A DNA stretch of 64,000 nt from Robiginitomaculum sp. (GCA_021776595.1 JAJFFP010000077.1:12218-76217); one strand, 5' to 3'; counted from the first letter of the stretch, positions 29,037 through 38,081 are shown. The notes: generated from the sequence alone by a model not told the origin. Made by a program: numbers and translations.

Positions 29037-29905
29037 CGACGGCCGCTATAGGCCCCGGCTTTATCCAGTTTTTCCACGCGTTTCAGTGCGGCTCTGGCTT
29101 TTTGCCATTTCCACCAGACAAAGGCGATTTTGGGTCCATCCACCAGATAACGCTGCCACATACGCTTTGGCTCGCTAAGCAGACGAAACAACCATTCCAG
29201 ACGGTTTCTTTGCATCCATTTTGGCGCCCGGTGCACTTTTCCGGCCAGAAAATCAAGGGATGCCCCGACACAAAGCCCTGTGCCTTCGCAATCCTTGCGG
29301 CGCAGACAGGCGCGCGCGATCATTTCCTGTTGTGGTGAGCCGACACAAAAGAACGCAAACCGGGCCGGGTTTTTGGCTACAAAATCGGCACATTGCTCTA
29401 CCGCCAGAAGATTATGGCGCAGCCCCATTGGCGGCTCGTACCAGTTCACATTTTGCAGACCATAACGCCGGGTGACGGCTTCAATAACCTGCGCATTGGC
29501 ACCGATTACCGTGACTGGTTCATCAGGCTTGATAACATTTTCAAACAGATATTTTGTCAGATCAGAGCCGGGGGTGACGTTGACTTTTTCACCACTAATG
29601 GCGGCAATCAGCTCTAAAATGCGGGAATCACAAACCGTCAGCCAGGCTTGTGCATAAAGCCGTCTTACCCAATCAGGTTCGGTCTGCAAGCGCACCAGAT
29701 GGTCTACATTTGGCGTGACCACAAACTTGAAAGCTGACCCGGCGGGGCGCTCGCTAATGCGCTCTACGGTCTGGCGAAAATCAATGCGGTCAAAGGTGGC
29801 GTTCAAGAACCAGACATGGCGGTTTTGCTGCCGCCGGTCAGTTTGACCACGACTCTTTTTGCGCCGGTCCTGGCCCTTTTCTGCCATTGGTTTTGTAATA
29901 CTCAC
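29033..29905 (-). CDS. WecB/TagA/CpsF-family glycosyltransferase with a basic N-terminal extension
   Basis: FKFVVTPNVDHLV..., FFCVGSPQQE, RAPKWMQRNRLEWLFRLLSEPKRMWQRYL are typical of the family. The N-terminal ~35 aa are Arg/Lys/Gln-rich. The 3' end overlaps the galU end by 4 nt. Confidence 0.8.
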   Translation of the reverse strand: MSITKPMAEKGQDRRKKSRGQTDRRQQNRHVWFLNATFDRIDFRQTVERISERPAGSAFKFVVTPNVDHLVRLQTEPDWVRRLYAQAWLTVCDSRILELIAAISGEKVNVTPGSDLTKYLFENVIKPDEPVTVIGANAQVIEAVTRRYGLQNVNWYEPPMGLRHNLLAVEQCADFVAKNPARFAFFCVGSPQQEMIARACLRRKDCEGTGLCVGASLDFLAGKVHRAPKWMQRNRLEWLFRLLSEPKRMWQRYLVDGPKIAFVWWKWQKARAALKRVEKLDKAGAYSGRR

Positions 29906-30021
29906 CTGTTCTCACCCGTTTTTGTGTGTTTATAGCGCAAAGCCCTTAACGGAGCCCTTAAAAATATGCCCAAGCGCAAGATTCGGGTGGCGCGTAAGGT
30001 TTTGACCATTAAACTTGGGCC

Positions 30022-30846
30022 ATGAAAACCAATTCAGCAGAGTATCAAACCGTGACCAAAGCCCTTGGGTTTTTGGATGAGCACTGGAAAGAACATCCAG
30101 ACCTGTCAACAATTGCATCGCACGTTGGGCTTAGTGCCTCGCATTTTCATCGCCTGTTTTCCGGCTGGACCGGCACAAGCCCCAAACGGTTTATGGATGC
30201 GCTGGCCCATGCCGATGCCCGTGCCTCACTGCTGGAAGGTTTAAGCGTTCTGGATGCCACTTATGAAGCCGGGCTTTCCTCACCGGGGCGGCTTCATGAT
30301 CTTTTTATCGCCTTTGAAGCGGCCACGCCAGGAGAGGCCAAAGCGCGCGGGCGGGGTCTTTGCTTTATCTGGGGCGTGGCCGCTTGCCCCTTTGGTCTGG
30401 CAATCATGTTACTCTCGCCGCGTGGCCTCTCTGCGCTTGGGTTTGCTGATGAGGGCGATGAGTTATCGGTCTTTGAAGATTTGAAAAGCCGTTATCCCGC
30501 CGCCACCTTTGTGCGCGATGACGCAAAAGCACAAGCGCTTGGCAAAGATATATTCAAAGGCGGCAAGACGGTGCCACTGGCGCTATATGGCACCCCCTGG
30601 CAGCGTCAGGTCTGGCGCGCATTATTGGCCATTCCGCCTGGAAGAACCACGCGTTACGGCGCTTTGGCCGAAAAGGTATGCAGCAAAGCCGCTGCCCGCG
30701 CTGTAGGCGCGGCGGTGGGACGTAATCCGGTCTCCTGGCTAATACCCTGCCACCGGGTACTGGGCGCGGACGGGCGTCTGACCGGTTATCACTGGGGTGT
30801 GGAGCGTAAGCGATCCATGCTGGTCTATGAGGCAATAACCGCGTAA
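30022..30846 (+). CDS. AraC-type HTH domain fused to methylated-DNA--protein-cysteine methyltransferase (Ada-like, lacking the N-terminal Zn domain)
   Basis: HTH: LSTIASHVGLSASHFHRLFSGWTGTSPKRF. MGMT: GTPWQRQVWRALLAIPPG..TRYG and active site IPCHRVLGADGRLTGY. Confidence 0.85.
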   Translation: MKTNSAEYQTVTKALGFLDEHWKEHPDLSTIASHVGLSASHFHRLFSGWTGTSPKRFMDALAHADARASLLEGLSVLDATYEAGLSSPGRLHDLFIAFEAATPGEAKARGRGLCFIWGVAACPFGLAIMLLSPRGLSALGFADEGDELSVFEDLKSRYPAATFVRDDAKAQALGKDIFKGGKTVPLALYGTPWQRQVWRALLAIPPGRTTRYGALAEKVCSKAAARAVGAAVGRNPVSWLIPCHRVLGADGRLTGYHWGVERKRSMLVYEAITA

Positions 30847-30855
30847 TATAGCGTT

Positions 30856-31479
30856 ATGAATACAGGTCCCCTAATTGCCATCATATTGTTTATCCTGCTT
30901 TTCCTTCTCGCGTCTTTACGTGCCGGGTTGGGGTATTTACAGGTGCGCCGTGATGCAAAAGAAGAATGGCCGGACTTTCAAAAAGTCTGGCCAAAGCGCG
31001 CCAGCGGCCTGAGCGCAGAACAGTTTGAAAATGCCTATGTGCGGGCTCATGGGCCACGCGCGCCGCTTTACGGGGCGGTTATGTTGCTGATCGCAGCGGT
31101 ATTAACTCCGGTGATCATGCTCCTGCTGACCGCACTTTACGGATTTTTTATTGCCGAGCCGATCAATGCCACTGGCGGCCCGGCGAATGGGCTGGCCAGT
31201 GAAGTCAGTCGCCAGTTTCGCCTTGATGGACCGTTGGTTTATGCGTTTTTCCTGTTTTTTGGCCTGATTGCCTCCTGGGGCCTGGTGGCTTTTGCCGTGG
31301 CGCATCGTTTTCACCGCAACCGCCCAGGTTCACTGGAAGATGAATTACGTGTCGAACGCGGCGAGGGCGAATTGCCAGAGGTAGAGGTCAAGCGACCAAG
31401 GCCAAAATGGTCACCATTGGTGCAAACCGACGATGGCCTGCAAATGCCAAAAAATTCAGATAAAAAGGAGGTGCCGTGA
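30856..31479 (+). CDS. hypothetical membrane protein (3-4 TM segments, charged C-terminal tail)
   Basis: 207-aa ORF 9 nt after the previous gene. Its stop overlaps the gloA start. No family recognised. Confidence 0.55.
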   Translation: MNTGPLIAIILFILLFLLASLRAGLGYLQVRRDAKEEWPDFQKVWPKRASGLSAEQFENAYVRAHGPRAPLYGAVMLLIAAVLTPVIMLLLTALYGFFIAEPINATGGPANGLASEVSRQFRLDGPLVYAFFLFFGLIASWGLVAFAVAHRFHRNRPGSLEDELRVERGEGELPEVEVKRPRPKWSPLVQTDDGLQMPKNSDKKEVP

Positions 31480-31940
31480 TGGAATTTCTGCACACCATGG
31501 TTCGCATCAGTGATGTGGAAGCATCCGTGCGGTTTTATGTCGGGGGGCTGGGCTTAAAAGAGCTTCGCCGCGTGGATAATGAAGCGGGCCGTTATACCCT
31601 GATCTTTCTGGCCTCTGCAGAAGATTGCGAGCGCTATGCACCCCGTCAGGGCACGGGACTGGTGCCAGGTCTGCCCATGGTGGAACTGACCTTTAACTGG
31701 GATGAAATGGGCTATGATTCGGGACGTAATTTTGGTCATTTGGCGTTTCAGACCAATGATATTTACGCCCGTTGCGCGCATTTACAGAAGATGGGCGTTA
31801 CCATAAACCGCCCGCCCCGTGACGGGCGCATGGCCTTTGTGCGCTCTCCTGATGGAATTTCTATCGAGCTATTGCAAAAAGGCGAACCCCTCGCCCCGGC
31901 TGCGCCATGGAAAAACATGGAAAACACCGGGGCCTGGTAG
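31479..31940 (+). CDS. gloA: lactoylglutathione lyase (glyoxalase I, VOC family)
   Basis: ATG 31479 lies 7 nt after AAGGAGG. MEFLHTMVRISDVEASVRFY..., FGHLAFQTNDIY, PDGISIELLQ. Confidence 0.85.
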   Translation: MEFLHTMVRISDVEASVRFYVGGLGLKELRRVDNEAGRYTLIFLASAEDCERYAPRQGTGLVPGLPMVELTFNWDEMGYDSGRNFGHLAFQTNDIYARCAHLQKMGVTINRPPRDGRMAFVRSPDGISIELLQKGEPLAPAAPWKNMENTGAW

Positions 31941-31974
31941 GGCCTTGAATGGGTTTGGACCCTTGGGTTTACCT

Positions 31975-32598
31975 TCAGGCTTTTTCTGTCAGGCGTAAAA
32001 ACCGCATCCGCATTTCAGCGCAATCCTTGAATACGCCGGCAAAGCGTGTGGTTACGGTATCAACGCCGTTATGGCCTACCCCGCGGGTGGACATGCACTG
32101 GTGCTCGGCGGTGATCATCACCGCTACACCTCTTGGGTTCAACTCATCCATAATCGCCTGACTGATCTGTGCGGTTAGGTTTTCCTGGGTTTGCAGGCGT
32201 TTTGAATACATCTCTACCAGACGCGCCAGTTTGGATAGCCCAACGATGCGATCTGTAGGTAAATAGGCTACATGGGCAACGCCAATAAAGGGGGCCATGT
32301 GGTGCTCACAATGGCTCTGCACCTCAATATTGCGCAGCATGACAATATCATCATAGCCGGAAACTTCCTTGAAAGTGCGCGATAATATATCTGTTGCATC
32401 CCCGTTATAGCCGCTAAACCATTCTTCAAAGGCTTTTGCCACCCGTTTAGGTGTGTCCAGCAGGCCCTCGCGAGTTGGGTCATCGCCGGTCCATGCCAGA
32501 AGTGTGCGCACGGCATCTTCTGCCTGGGCGCGTGTGGGTAATGCTGCGGCATCATTTACGGCACGCAGAGTGGCAGGTTTGTTGGTATAAGCATCCAT
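31975..32598 (-). CDS. folE: GTP cyclohydrolase I (FolE type 1)
   Basis: Start at ATG 32598 (MDAYTNKP). REGLLDTPKRVAKAF, QSHCEHHMAPF and AEHQCMSTRGV motifs are present. Confidence 0.9.
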   Translation of the reverse strand: MDAYTNKPATLRAVNDAAALPTRAQAEDAVRTLLAWTGDDPTREGLLDTPKRVAKAFEEWFSGYNGDATDILSRTFKEVSGYDDIVMLRNIEVQSHCEHHMAPFIGVAHVAYLPTDRIVGLSKLARLVEMYSKRLQTQENLTAQISQAIMDELNPRGVAVMITAEHQCMSTRGVGHNGVDTVTTRFAGVFKDCAEMRMRFLRLTEKA

Positions 32599-32838
32599 GG
32601 AAAATCCCCGTAGATTGCGGGGGAGGGGGTCGAGCCGGTCCATCCGGGCTTAACGCCCACCCTGTTAAGTCATATGTGACGATAATAAGTTAGGGGGCAT
32701 TGACGGACGCTTCAACCCTAATGTTTTCAGGGTTTGCTCAATATGTTGTGAACACACCGCCTGTGCAGCACCATTGCACAATTGGCGTAAATGCGTATTG
32801 AGACCGCTTACAGACATAAAATTGAGATACGAGCGGTT

Positions 32839-34227
32839 ATGGCCATACAGCTTTACGATACGTTTACCCGTCAAAAACGTGACTTTCACCCTGCCGATCC
32901 AGCGCGTGTCACCATGTATCTGTGCGGACCCACCGTGTATTCCTATGCCCATATTGGCAATGCACGACCGGCCGTGGTGTTTGATGTGCTTTATCGGTTA
33001 TTGCGGGTAGAATACGGCACGGATCATGTGGTGTATGCGCGCAATATTACCGATGTGGATGATAAAATAAACGCGGCAGCAAAAGCCGATGGCGTGGCGA
33101 TCAATGTGATTGCTGAAAAATTTACCAAAATCTACCGCGAGAACACGGCGGCCTTGAAAGTGCTAACTCCGGATTTTGAACCCACAGCCACGGCTCATAT
33201 GAACGAGATGATTGCCCTGGTGCAACGTCTGATCGAGGCCGGCAATGCCTATGAAGCCGAAGGCCATGTGCTTTTTGATGTAACCAGTTTTGACGGTTAT
33301 GGTGAACTTTCCCGGCGCAAACTAAAAGATATGATCGCGGGCGCGCGGGTTGAAGTGGCAGATTATAAACGCAATCCGGCAGATTTTGTTTTGTGGAAAC
33401 CGGCTAATGATAATGATCCGGGCTGGAAAAGCCCCTGGGGCCGTGGCCGCCCCGGCTGGCATCTTGAATGCTCGGCGATGATTGAGGCGGTGCTGGGCAC
33501 ACGCATTGATATCCATGCCGGTGGGCAGGACCTCATCTTCCCGCACCATGAGAATGAGCGGGCGCAATCCATGTGCTCACACGACGGCAAAAGGTTGGCC
33601 AATTACTGGCTGCACAACGGTTTTTTGGACATGGACAGTGAAAAAATGTCCAAAAGCCTCGGAAATGTTAAGCTGATCCACGAATTACTGGAAGAGTGGC
33701 CGGGCGAAGTCTTGCGCTTTGCCTTGCTTGGTGCCCATTATCGTGCGCCGCTGGACTGGTCACAAAACCTGCTTGTTCAATCGAAAACCACGCTGGACCG
33801 CTATTATGGCACCTTGCGCCGCCTTGCTGATGTTCCTGCCGCCGATGTGCCTGCACCTGAGGGTTTTATTGCGGCTTTGCATGACGATCTGAATACACCA
33901 CAGGCTCTGGCCAAACTCTCGACGCTTTCCACCCAGGCCAATAAGGCCGAAAAGGATGACGAGAAGGCAAAGCTGAAAGGTGAAATGCTGGCCATCGGGG
34001 CGCTGTTGGGCCTTTTTGAGGAAGACCCGGAAAGCTGGTTCAAAAGTGATAAAGGCCTTGGTGAAAAAGATCTGGACGCCGATGCCATCGATAAACTGGT
34101 GGCCGCCCGTGTGCAGTCGCGTAAAGACAAGGACTGGGGCGAAGCAGATCGTATTCGTGACCTTCTGACTGAAATGAACATTGTTGTTGAAGACAAGGGC
34201 GAGGGTAGTATCTGGCGCCGCCAATAA
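32839..34227 (+). CDS. cysS: cysteine--tRNA ligase
   Basis: Start at ATG 32839 (MAIQLYDTFTRQKRDF). HIGNARP (HIGH), GWHLECS and KMSKSLGN are present. Confidence 0.95.
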   Translation: MAIQLYDTFTRQKRDFHPADPARVTMYLCGPTVYSYAHIGNARPAVVFDVLYRLLRVEYGTDHVVYARNITDVDDKINAAAKADGVAINVIAEKFTKIYRENTAALKVLTPDFEPTATAHMNEMIALVQRLIEAGNAYEAEGHVLFDVTSFDGYGELSRRKLKDMIAGARVEVADYKRNPADFVLWKPANDNDPGWKSPWGRGRPGWHLECSAMIEAVLGTRIDIHAGGQDLIFPHHENERAQSMCSHDGKRLANYWLHNGFLDMDSEKMSKSLGNVKLIHELLEEWPGEVLRFALLGAHYRAPLDWSQNLLVQSKTTLDRYYGTLRRLADVPAADVPAPEGFIAALHDDLNTPQALAKLSTLSTQANKAEKDDEKAKLKGEMLAIGALLGLFEEDPESWFKSDKGLGEKDLDADAIDKLVAARVQSRKDKDWGEADRIRDLLTEMNIVVEDKGEGSIWRRQ

Positions 34228-34246
34228 TTGCGCCTATATCTTGGTG

Positions 34247-34675
34247 ATGGATAACGATCTTTATAACACCGCCATTCTAACCCTGGCTGCCGGTATCCCG
34301 CATCTTGGCACACTGGGTCGTCCGGATGGCGCCGCGGAAAAATCAGCGCGTCTTTGTGGTTCGCGCGTCAGTGTGCAAGTGAAACTGGACGGTGCCGGGC
34401 GGATCAGTGATTTTGCCCAGGAGGTCAAGGCCTGCGCATTGGGCCAGGCCGCGTCTGCCATTCTTGGCCAGTATATTATCGGGGCCGATCTTGATGAACT
34501 TACCTCGGCGCGCAATGCCTTTCGTGCCATGGTCAAGGAGAGTGCGCCGCCACCCAAAGGGCGCTTTTCCGCTCTCAAAACCCTGGCTGCCGTCAAAGAT
34601 TATCCCCAACGCCATCAGTCAGCGCTTTTGCCGTTTGAGGCGGCGGTAGAGGCGGTTGAGGCGGCATTAAAATAG
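34247..34675 (+). CDS. NifU-N/IscU-like iron-sulfur cluster assembly scaffold family protein
   Basis: Start at ATG 34247 (MDNDLYNTAILTLAA). LCGSRVSVQVKLD...FAQEVKACALGQAASAIL pattern is present. Confidence 0.7.
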   Translation: MDNDLYNTAILTLAAGIPHLGTLGRPDGAAEKSARLCGSRVSVQVKLDGAGRISDFAQEVKACALGQAASAILGQYIIGADLDELTSARNAFRAMVKESAPPPKGRFSALKTLAAVKDYPQRHQSALLPFEAAVEAVEAALK

Positions 34676-34747
34676 GCAAGATTTTTCAGAGATGGTTTAG
34701 ACTCTGACGTCCGGGATGTATTATTGTTCTGGCAAATTACATGGGTT

Positions 34748-34816
34748 GTCATTGCCCGGTTTATCCAGTGCGGCATTGATGTCGATAATGAACTTCCGGA
34801 ACAGTCCCGGAATGAC
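34748..34816. repeat. palindromic intergenic element
   Basis: GTCATTGCCCGG (34748-34759) versus CCCGGAATGAC (34806-34816). There is an inner TTCCGG-N7-CCGGAA hairpin. Confidence 0.5.
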
Positions 34817-34853
34817 CGCCTGGGGTTTGTTTTTCGATCTTGATCCTTTGCTG

Positions 34854-34942
34854 CATCCTTCGACAGGGTCAGGATGAGGCCATAGAAAGTTTAATAACAA
34901 CCTTATCTTGAGGTGCGACGTTTAGGAGCCTCGAAAGATGGA
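34854..34942. repeat. copies of the two repeat families also found downstream of lepA
   Basis: 34854-34879 CATCCTTCGACAGGGTCAGGATGAGG is the reverse complement of 3872-3897 with 1 mismatch. 34899-34942 resembles 4024-4064. Confidence 0.65.
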
Positions 34943-35035
34943 GGGCAACGTGCCGGTAATATACCTCATCAACGCCCCCGTTGGATAAGTTTTAGGTAGT
35001 CCTCCGTGTTTGAAAACAGGACACGGCCAGGAAAC

Positions 35036-35090
35036 CATCCTCTTTCTTCTGCCTCCAAAAGGGAGGGCGGGAGAAGAGTAAGATGAGGGG
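35036..35090. repeat. imperfect long hairpin element
   Basis: CATCCTCTTTCTTCTGCCTCC-AAAA-GGGAGGCGGGAGAAGAGTAAGATGAGG. The arms are partially complementary. Confidence 0.45.
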
Positions 35091-35140
35091 ATGGGGCGTT
35101 ATAAGGCATATCTGTGCCGTTGCGTTTATCAACTCAAAAA

Positions 35141-35188
35141 CCCCTCACCCCGGCCCTCTCCCGCTTTCCTCTTGGGGGAGAGAGGGAG
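35141..35188. repeat. CCCTCACCC...CCCTCTCCC / GGGGAGAGAGGG hairpin repeat
   Basis: CCCCTCACCCCGGCCCTCTCCCGCTTTCCTCTTGGGGGAGAGAGGGAG. This is the widespread proteobacterial 'PSPxxGEG' type repeat. CCCTCAC recurs near 35233 and 35247. Confidence 0.55.
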
Positions 35189-35386
35189 TTATCCCGTGCA
35201 TAAACCTCAAGGGACACACACTACCCCTTAATGACCCTCACGCTGTCCCTCACCCCCCCTCAAGTGACCCAAAACGCCCTTTTATGGACCCTTAAATCAG
35301 GCTTATTGACCCTTATTATCCCTGTGTTTGTTGGTGGTTACCCATAATTATCCCCGCCCATGCAGAGCAAGCTATACTGGTGCTAT

Positions 35387-38005
35387 TTAATCACTGGTAT
35401 TGAGCGTAATTTCTCTGGCCGGGGCCCGTAAATTATAAAGATTGCCCATCACCGCGCCATAGGCACCGGCATTGGCAATCAGCAGCACATCGCCCTCGGA
35501 CGTGGGGGGTAAATGCCGGTCAATGCCTAAAATATCAGCAGATTCGCAGATTGGACCAACCACGGATACCGGGGATAATTCGCTCGTCTCGTGCAGGCGC
35601 GTCAGATTGACAATATCATGATGGGCTCCGTAAAGCGCCGGGCGAATAAGTGAGTTCATCCCGGTTTCCAGACCGGCATAAGCGGTGCTGCCTTTGGTTT
35701 TTGTCTGGGTGACACTGGCCAGTAACACCCCGGCTTCGGCAACCATATAGCGGCCAGGCTCCAGCCATATCTCTATGCCGGGGCAGGCTTTGCGCACCAG
35801 TGTCAGGTTATCGTCCAATTGCTGCAAATCCAGCGCTGCCATGCCGGCATTTTCCGGCACGCCAAGGCCGCCGCCCAGATCGAAGGCTTTCAGGTCGGGA
35901 AAGTCTGCCGCTAATGTGGCAAACAATTGCGCTATATCGCGCCAGTGACCGGGGTCAAGTATGCCGCTTCCTGCATGGGCATGCAGCCCGGCAATTTTGA
36001 CGTTTGCAGCCTTGGTCAGCGCGCGCACCTTCGCCAGATCAGACATGGGAATGCCAAACTTGGCCCGCGCTCCGGCGGTTTGCACATGACGATGATGTCC
36101 CCGCCCGCGCTCGGTATCGACGCGCAACAGCACTTCGGTATTGGCAAAAATTTCCGGCCAGTGTGTTAGCGGGTGCAGATTATCAAGGGTCAGGCGCACA
36201 CCATAACCAATGGCAGCTTCATATTCCTGCCGGGGAGCGAAATTTGGAGTAAAGAGTATTCGTATCGGGTCGATATCCGGCAGGACTGTAAAGACATGCT
36301 TGATCTCGGCCAGGGAGACACATTCAATGCCAACACCTTGCCGGGCAATGGTTCGCAAAACCTCCGGGTGGGCATTGGCCTTCATGGCATAAAACACCCG
36401 GTCTACCGCTTTTAATGCGGTTAAGGATTGTGCGCGGGCCTGCACCGTTTCAAGATCATAAACATAGGTGGCTTCACCGTCCGGTTTGGCAGCCAGCAAT
36501 TCGCGCTGTTTGCTTTGCCACCATGGCCGGTGCGTATGATTTTGCGATGGTTTTTCGCCCTGACTTTCCTGCCATGGGGCACCAAACACCTTGTCATTGG
36601 GCTCAATTTCGACCATTTCATCATGCAGGCGGCGCGCCAGCTTTTGTGCCTGATCTTCATCCACGACCACGGTGAAATTAAGATCATTGGCGGCCTGACT
36701 GACCAGACGCACCGGGTGTTCACGAAACAGCTCCAGCGCCGGGGTCAGTTTGTGCAATATGGTGCGGATGCCCCGCCCCACCAGACTGACCGAAGCACAG
36801 TGGCGCAAAATACTAACCCGGCATAAAGGCTCCAGATCGCTTTGCAGCTTTTCCAGTGCGGTGTCGTCGAGATTTTGTCCAGGGTCCAGAGAAACGGTTA
36901 CGCTGGCCTCGGAGGTGGAAACCAGATCAATGGAGAGGTTGTTCTGTGAAAAGGCGGCAAAGGCTTTGGCTAAAAACCCCGCCTCACCCCACATGGAAGA
37001 TGAGGTCATGGACACCAGCACCAGACCGGTTTTTACGGTTATGGCCTTGACCCGCGCATGGGTGTCGGCGGGCTGATCGCTAATCCTGGTGCCGGTGGCA
37101 TCGGGTTGGTCGGTGCATTTTACCAGAACCGGTATGTGTGCACGTCGGGCGGGGGGCAGTGCGCGCGGATGGACCACTTTTGCCCCCATCAGGGCGATCT
37201 CCTGCGCTTCGTCATAGCTGAGGTCTTTGAGCAGGCGCGCCGAGGCACTAAGACGTGGGTCGGTGCTGAACATGCCCGGCACATCGGTCCAGATTTCAAG
37301 GCGCTTTGCCTGCAATTTGGCAGCAAAAAAAGATGCGGACACGTCCGAGCCGCCACGGCCCAGCAATACGGTTTCTTTGCGGGTATTGCGGGCAATGAAA
37401 CCCTGGGTCAACACCGCATCGCCTTCAAGACCATTTAGGCGGGCCTGCAGATCCGTGTCCGGTGTATCTGAACATATAGCTGACAGGTAATGCGCGGTTT
37501 CATTGGTGTTATTGGTGTCCAGGGACTGCAAACCACTGCGGGCATCAAATAATGAGGTGGCGATGCCGCTGACCAGCAGGCGCGCCGCACCAAGGGCGGT
37601 TGCCATGATTTCACCTTCAGCAAAAATACGGGCGCGCACCCGTGGGCTGGCCTCGCCCACGAGGGCTATGCCACTTAAATTTTTTGTCAGGCGTTTCAGT
37701 GAAGGGGCGATCAGGGGTTCGCCATCCAGGCCAAGCGCCTGGGCCAGTTGCAGATGACGCCGGGCAATATCATCAAGGATGGTCTGACCTTCTTGTCGCA
37801 GCGCAGCGTTGATGGCTTTTTCCAGCAGGTTGGAGACTTGCGAAAGCGCAGAATGAACAATCAATGGCCGCTCATTGGCACTGATCCGCGCTCGCACCAG
37901 TGTTTCAATGGTTTCCCAGCACTCCAGCGTTGATACGCTGGTGCCGCCAAACTTCATCACCACCCAGGGCGTTGTGACTGTCGGGGGGGTCATTCTCGGC
38001 TCCAT
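35387..38005 (-). CDS. bifunctional aspartate kinase / diaminopimelate decarboxylase (LysC-LysA fusion)
   Basis: 872 aa. N-terminal WVVMKFGGTSV... aspartokinase with ACT-like region. C-terminal YVYDLETV...VFYAMKANAHPEVL (PLP-Lys), HAHAGSG, EPGRYMV, GPICESAD (fold-III decarboxylase). The start is 38005 or 37993. Confidence 0.85.
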   Translation of the reverse strand: MEPRMTPPTVTTPWVVMKFGGTSVSTLECWETIETLVRARISANERPLIVHSALSQVSNLLEKAINAALRQEGQTILDDIARRHLQLAQALGLDGEPLIAPSLKRLTKNLSGIALVGEASPRVRARIFAEGEIMATALGAARLLVSGIATSLFDARSGLQSLDTNNTNETAHYLSAICSDTPDTDLQARLNGLEGDAVLTQGFIARNTRKETVLLGRGGSDVSASFFAAKLQAKRLEIWTDVPGMFSTDPRLSASARLLKDLSYDEAQEIALMGAKVVHPRALPPARRAHIPVLVKCTDQPDATGTRISDQPADTHARVKAITVKTGLVLVSMTSSSMWGEAGFLAKAFAAFSQNNLSIDLVSTSEASVTVSLDPGQNLDDTALEKLQSDLEPLCRVSILRHCASVSLVGRGIRTILHKLTPALELFREHPVRLVSQAANDLNFTVVVDEDQAQKLARRLHDEMVEIEPNDKVFGAPWQESQGEKPSQNHTHRPWWQSKQRELLAAKPDGEATYVYDLETVQARAQSLTALKAVDRVFYAMKANAHPEVLRTIARQGVGIECVSLAEIKHVFTVLPDIDPIRILFTPNFAPRQEYEAAIGYGVRLTLDNLHPLTHWPEIFANTEVLLRVDTERGRGHHRHVQTAGARAKFGIPMSDLAKVRALTKAANVKIAGLHAHAGSGILDPGHWRDIAQLFATLAADFPDLKAFDLGGGLGVPENAGMAALDLQQLDDNLTLVRKACPGIEIWLEPGRYMVAEAGVLLASVTQTKTKGSTAYAGLETGMNSLIRPALYGAHHDIVNLTRLHETSELSPVSVVGPICESADILGIDRHLPPTSEGDVLLIANAGAYGAVMGNLYNLRAPAREITLNTSD

Positions 38006-38081
38006 TTATAATCCCCGGCTTTCATGGGCATGGCCTACGCTTCTGTCCAGTAACAAAGTCAGAAAATTGTCGTAACGGCTC

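Noticed and set aside
3870-34942. Shared repeat units at about 3.9 kb and about 34.9 kb as possible ends of a 31-kb mobile element
   Set aside because: The interval holds core housekeeping genes (pyrD, gpmA, etfBA, argH, cysS and others) and no integrase, transposase or conjugation genes. The repeats are short dispersed-type units and the copies are only partly co-oriented.
35083-35295. 70-aa ORF in the large intergenic region
   Set aside because: It is a translation of the CCCTCACCC/GGGAGAGAGGG-type repeats (PHPGPLPLSSWGREG) with no RBS. It is best treated as non-coding repeat DNA.
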